A stretch of DNA of 64,000 nucleotides from a bacterium. GTDB lineage: Bacteria; Cyanobacteriota; Vampirovibrionia; Gastranaerophilales; JBAXKC01. Under the pieces are notes generated by a model, which ran no database searches, was not told the DNA's origin, and worked only from the letters and a program-made list of their open reading frames with translations. Of this stretch, positions 60,549-64,000 are shown piece after piece (position 1 is the stretch's first letter; each line of letters starts with the position of its first letter). Made by a program: the position numbers and the translations under genes. The stretch is from positions 224,001-288,000 of the forward strand of contig JBAXKC010000001.1 of assembly GCA_037137535.1 (NCBI GenBank), read 5' to 3'.

Positions 60549-61526
60549 TTGACAAGAAATCTTAATACTAAAAAATCACTTAAATTTCCAAGAAATGGTT
60601 TAACTATTTCAGAAGTATTAGTTGTTATGGTTTTATTTGGTGTTATTGCTGTTTCTTCTATACCTGCTTTTACTTCTAATGAAACTCAAAACAGAGATTT
60701 AATAGCAAGTATTGGAAGTATTATGCTATGGGCAGGTAATGGAAATCCTCCGCCTAATTTTGTTGAATGTAATGGACAATCACTCAACAAAGCTGATTAT
60801 CCACTATTATTTGGTGTTATCGGAAATACCTACGGTTCTACAGCAACAAAATTCAACGTTCCTGACATAAGAGGCAGAGCCGTAATAGGGGCAGGACAGG
60901 GAACAGACCCAAGTCCCTATTCAGGAGTAAGCCCAAACCTGACTCTTAGAAATTTTAAAGATATAGGCGGAACTGAAACTGTCACTCTTACAGCCGCTGA
61001 TTTGCCTAATCATGCTCATGGAGTAACAGATCCCGGACATACTCATTCAGATGCGGGGCATGCCCATTCGGTTGCAGACTATGGACATTCTCATGTTGAT
61101 TGGGGGCATGTTCACTCAGTATGGGATGGCGGACATTCTCATTACTATGATGATATTTATTATGCAGAAAGTATGGGTTATGCTAAATGGATATCAGGTG
61201 GTGGAGCAAATCCACATGGATATAATCACCCAAGCCCTAACGGACCTTTTGTTGGTAATGGACAAGGAGATTGGACAGACTTTGACAATGGCGGACATGA
61301 TATGGGACGTTGGACAAATGCTTCACCTTCGAATTTAGCTCTTTATCCAGGCTATGCAAACCTTACCTATAATGGAACAAATGTAACCTTTGGGACAGGC
61401 TATGCTAATCTTACCTCTAATTCGGCAAACCTCACAATAGTTCCCAGCGGAGGAAGTAATCCGGTTACTCCGCATAATAATTTGTCAGCTGCTCTTGTAT
61501 TAAAATATGTAATTAAAGCCCGATAA
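60549..61526 (+). CDS. Prepilin-type N-terminus fused to phage tail-collar domain and HxH-repeat needle (paralog 2)
   Basis: RNG|LTISE + helix; IGSIMLWAG..PPNFVECNGQ..FNVPDIRGR; six HxH; HNNLSAALVLKYVIKAR. Confidence 0.85.
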   Translation: MTRNLNTKKSLKFPRNGLTISEVLVVMVLFGVIAVSSIPAFTSNETQNRDLIASIGSIMLWAGNGNPPPNFVECNGQSLNKADYPLLFGVIGNTYGSTATKFNVPDIRGRAVIGAGQGTDPSPYSGVSPNLTLRNFKDIGGTETVTLTAADLPNHAHGVTDPGHTHSDAGHAHSVADYGHSHVDWGHVHSVWDGGHSHYYDDIYYAESMGYAKWISGGGANPHGYNHPSPNGPFVGNGQGDWTDFDNGGHDMGRWTNASPSNLALYPGYANLTYNGTNVTFGTGYANLTSNSANLTIVPSGGSNPVTPHNNLSAALVLKYVIKAR

Positions 61527-61556
61527 AACATAATACGCTTATAGAAAGAGGACAGG

Positions 61557-62447
61557 ATGTTAAATTCTTTAAAAATTAAAAATAAGAATAAAAGATTTGG
61601 ACTATCTCTTACAGAAGCGTTAGTTGTTTTAATGGTTGCAGGTGTTGCAGTTGCTGCCTCTATGCCAACAATGTCGGTAAAGACATTACTTAAAACTAAT
61701 TCAGATGTAAGTATAGGTGCTATTGTAATATGGGCAAACAATGGAGCTATTCCTGCTAATTACCTTGAATGTAACGGCCAAACCGTAAACAAAGCAGATT
61801 ATATAAACTTATACAGTATTATTAGCGGTACTTATGGACAAACGGCAACTCAATTCAATGTTCCCGATTTAAGAGGCAGGACTGTTATTGGAATGGGAAA
61901 AATAAGTGCCTTGAGCAAACAACGTAATTTTAATGATGTGGGTGGTAAAGAAAAAGTAAGACTTATTGATACAAATTTACCTGCTCATTCCCATATAGTT
62001 AACGACCCGGGTCATACTCATGCAGACCTCGGGCATACTCATCCTGTTTATGATCCGGGGCATAAACACTGGGATTATGGTCATAGCCATGGAGTATGGG
62101 ATGGTGGACATAGCCATGAATATGGCGATATATATTTTTCAGAATCATGGGGCTGGGTTCCGACACCTGATGGTTTTGGACACTGTGCTAAAAGCGATAA
62201 TGACAACTATGGTTTTCAAATGGGACGCTATACTGATCTAGCCACAAGTAATATTGGTGTTTATCCTGGTAATGCAAATTTCACAACAGAACATACAGGT
62301 GTTTCAGCTGCTACAGGTACGGCAAATCTTGGCAATTCAGTCACAGGTGTTAACTTAAACGCACCTGCAACAGGTGGCGACGATAATAATCTTCATGAAA
62401 ATATGCCGCCGTTTTACACATTGAGATATATCATTAGAGCAAGATAA
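61557..62447 (+). CDS. Prepilin-type N-terminus fused to phage tail-collar domain and HxH-repeat needle (paralog 3)
   Basis: RFG|LSLTE + helix; IGAIVIWA..IPANYLECNGQ..FNVPDLRGR; six HxH; HENMPPFYTLRYIIRAR. Confidence 0.85.
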   Translation: MLNSLKIKNKNKRFGLSLTEALVVLMVAGVAVAASMPTMSVKTLLKTNSDVSIGAIVIWANNGAIPANYLECNGQTVNKADYINLYSIISGTYGQTATQFNVPDLRGRTVIGMGKISALSKQRNFNDVGGKEKVRLIDTNLPAHSHIVNDPGHTHADLGHTHPVYDPGHKHWDYGHSHGVWDGGHSHEYGDIYFSESWGWVPTPDGFGHCAKSDNDNYGFQMGRYTDLATSNIGVYPGNANFTTEHTGVSAATGTANLGNSVTGVNLNAPATGGDDNNLHENMPPFYTLRYIIRAR

Positions 62448-62472
62448 CTAATTTTTTATATTAAATATATTA

Positions 62473-62509
62473 AAAGAGCTGTTAAACTTAAAAATTAACA
62501 GCTCTTTTT
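62473..62509. terminator. Bidirectional terminator closing the pilin-collar operon
   Basis: aaaagagctgttaa / ttaacagctctttt. Confidence 0.8.
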
Positions 62510-62532
62510 GATAAATAATATAATAATGCCTT

Positions 62533-63126
62533 TTAATGCTTTTCCAACTCATTTTTTATAGCCTTTAACGTTGTAGGCAAGGTGTTGTTAAGCCCATAAG
62601 AACGTAAAAAAGACGGTAAATAGAAACCAAGATCAATATACATTGTATAGGTTAATATAGAATTACCCTGATACGGTTCGATTTCCCAAGATCCGTATAA
62701 TTCTTTAAAAGAACCTTCAGTTCTTTTATATATAATTGTTTTAGTTCTTTCATTTTCATCTAAATGCAATGTATATTGAAATACGGGTAAAGCAGGAGCT
62801 GTTTTAAGTGAAACCTGCACCTTTTGGAAATTATGTCCTTTTGCAAGAATTTTATTTTGACGAACCCCAGGGACTATTCGCCCCATTCTTTCCTGATTTT
62901 CAAGTAAAGCCCATACTTTTTCAGGTGATGAATGAATTAATACTTTTCCTTCAGTTCCTTTTAAATCACCCTTGCAATTAAAAAATCTTAAAGCGACTTC
63001 ACCCTTTTGCAATCTTGTAATATTTTCTATTGCCATTGCTTTATTTGGAAATTGCATTGAGAAAATCAAGGATGGGATAATAATAAGACTCATAAGTCCG
63101 TAATGTAGTTTGAGTTTTGTATTCAT
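62533..63126 (-). CDS. SRPBCC/START (polyketide cyclase-like) protein with signal peptide
   Basis: Signal ending AMA; SPEKVWALL, GSFKELYGSWEIEP, C-terminal helix. Confidence 0.75.
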   Translation of the reverse strand: MNTKLKLHYGLMSLIIIPSLIFSMQFPNKAMAIENITRLQKGEVALRFFNCKGDLKGTEGKVLIHSSPEKVWALLENQERMGRIVPGVRQNKILAKGHNFQKVQVSLKTAPALPVFQYTLHLDENERTKTIIYKRTEGSFKELYGSWEIEPYQGNSILTYTMYIDLGFYLPSFLRSYGLNNTLPTTLKAIKNELEKH

Positions 63127-63208
63127 ATTTAACCTAGCGTTTTAATAATCTTAAACTACTAGGTTATTGTAAACACTTTTTATAGTCAACAAATAATACA
63201 CTACAAAC

Positions 63209-64000
63209 TTAACAATTATCTATTTTCTTATAATTTGTTAATATCCAACTTTTTGACTTAATTTTTTCCTGTAGAATCAAATCTTGTGTTGTTAAAAACT
63301 CGATATATCTAGGATTTTTAGGATTAAGATCTTTAAATTTACAGGGATGAATAAGCATTTCAGTAATACAATTTTTGTCTTTAATACTGTTTAAGCCTGA
63401 TTCAATAGTTTGTGAGTCCATAAACCCTGTATAAGCTACACCGATTATGTAATCATTTGTTTTAACACCATATTGAGCAGCAGTTTTATGATTTATTGCT
63501 GATAAATGATTAAGCAGAGCCACTTTTATAGTATTTAAAGGATACCAGAGGTTTAAATGCTTTTGCAGTTGCGGGACTACATAAGGTTTTTCATATTGAG
63601 TCCTTACGTAAGTAATATTATATTCTTTAGCAAGTTTACATGTAATTTCAAATATTGGGGGAATAGCATGGATATGAACATGTGAATTCAAATGATCGAC
63701 TTCAACTTGAGAAAGAATAAGTTCTATTTGATTTCTGAAGTCGTGTTCAATTTCTAGCAATAATTTTTTATTTTTTGATTTTGCAAGAAGAGAATGAAAA
63801 CTATTTTGATAAGTTCCATCTGAAGAACATAATAACGAAGAAGCAGAATAATTTTTCAGAGTTGTTTTGCCTTCCATTATATTTAAGTGAACGCCAAGCC
63901 CCATCTCCTCACATTCAGGAAGCACTTCTTTTATAGCATGCTCAAAAGCCTCTCCATTTGCACAAAGACATGCACTTGTGAGAAAACCTTCTTTATATCC
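63209..64000 (-). CDS. ChbG/HpnK (YdjC) family deacetylase, 5' end outside the window
   Basis: Frame open to 64000 (GYKEGFLTSACLCANG...), LGVHLNI, DHLNSHVHIH, EMLIHP. Confidence 0.85.
   Translation of the reverse strand, partial: GYKEGFLTSACLCANGEAFEHAIKEVLPECEEMGLGVHLNIMEGKTTLKNYSASSLLCSSDGTYQNSFHSLLAKSKNKKLLLEIEHDFRNQIELILSQVEVDHLNSHVHIHAIPPIFEITCKLAKEYNITYVRTQYEKPYVVPQLQKHLNLWYPLNTIKVALLNHLSAINHKTAAQYGVKTNDYIIGVAYTGFMDSQTIESGLNSIKDKNCITEMLIHPCKFKDLNPKNPRYIEFLTTQDLILQEKIKSKSWILTNYKKIDNC

Noticed and set aside
857-62241. Many short track ORFs antisense or out of frame within longer genes (e.g. 857, 2403, 11699, 20403, 34208, 51014, 60041, 61051)
   Set aside because: Fully nested in well-supported CDSs, with no RBS or recognisable motifs
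59623-62447. Prophage or tailocin remnant
   Set aside because: No other phage structural, lysis or integrase genes nearby; genes are intact with prepilin leaders, their own promoter and terminator
1-64000. rRNA, tRNA, tmRNA, RNase P RNA, IS elements
   Set aside because: No cloverleaf, rRNA-like GC-rich tract, conserved tmRNA/RNase P ends or transposase motifs seen by eye; a covariance-model scan would be needed to exclude them fully

Overview
Very AT-rich chromosomal window from a diderm bacterium (kdsC/kdsD, LptF/G, secretin). I infer a non-photosynthetic cyanobacterial relative (Melainabacteria/Vampirovibrionia, Gastranaerophilales-like) from cyanobacteria-like ribosomal and housekeeping proteins, no photosynthesis genes, sigma28-type promoters and many lineage-type orphans; this was not checked by any search. 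Housekeeping blocks (infC[ATT start]-rpmI-rplT; rpmE-thyX-prfA-prmC; kdsDC; trxA; pdp; CBS-PPase) alternate with surface/accessory loci: an RTX-type Ca-binding protein, glycosyltransferases, three hemerythrin domains, a PilP/PilQ/PilB/PilC-like operon, three Flp pilins (one missed by the ORF track), and an HNH-HNH-LOG cluster with a large structured intergenic element. The most striking locus is a three-gene operon at 59.6-62.4 kb. Each gene fuses a type IV prepilin (class III) signal to a phage tail-collar domain and a six-HxH needle in identical register, suggesting a pilus-displayed, possibly heterotrimeric tail-fibre adhesin. Other leads are a shared N-terminal '[S/G]-F-[G/Q/N]' leader on unrelated enzymes (possible export tag), a soluble Clp-lid/FtsH chimera with degenerate ATPase motifs, and two near-perfect sigma28 promoters driving unknown small proteins. 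I saw no rRNA, tRNA, CRISPR array, IS element or integrase.
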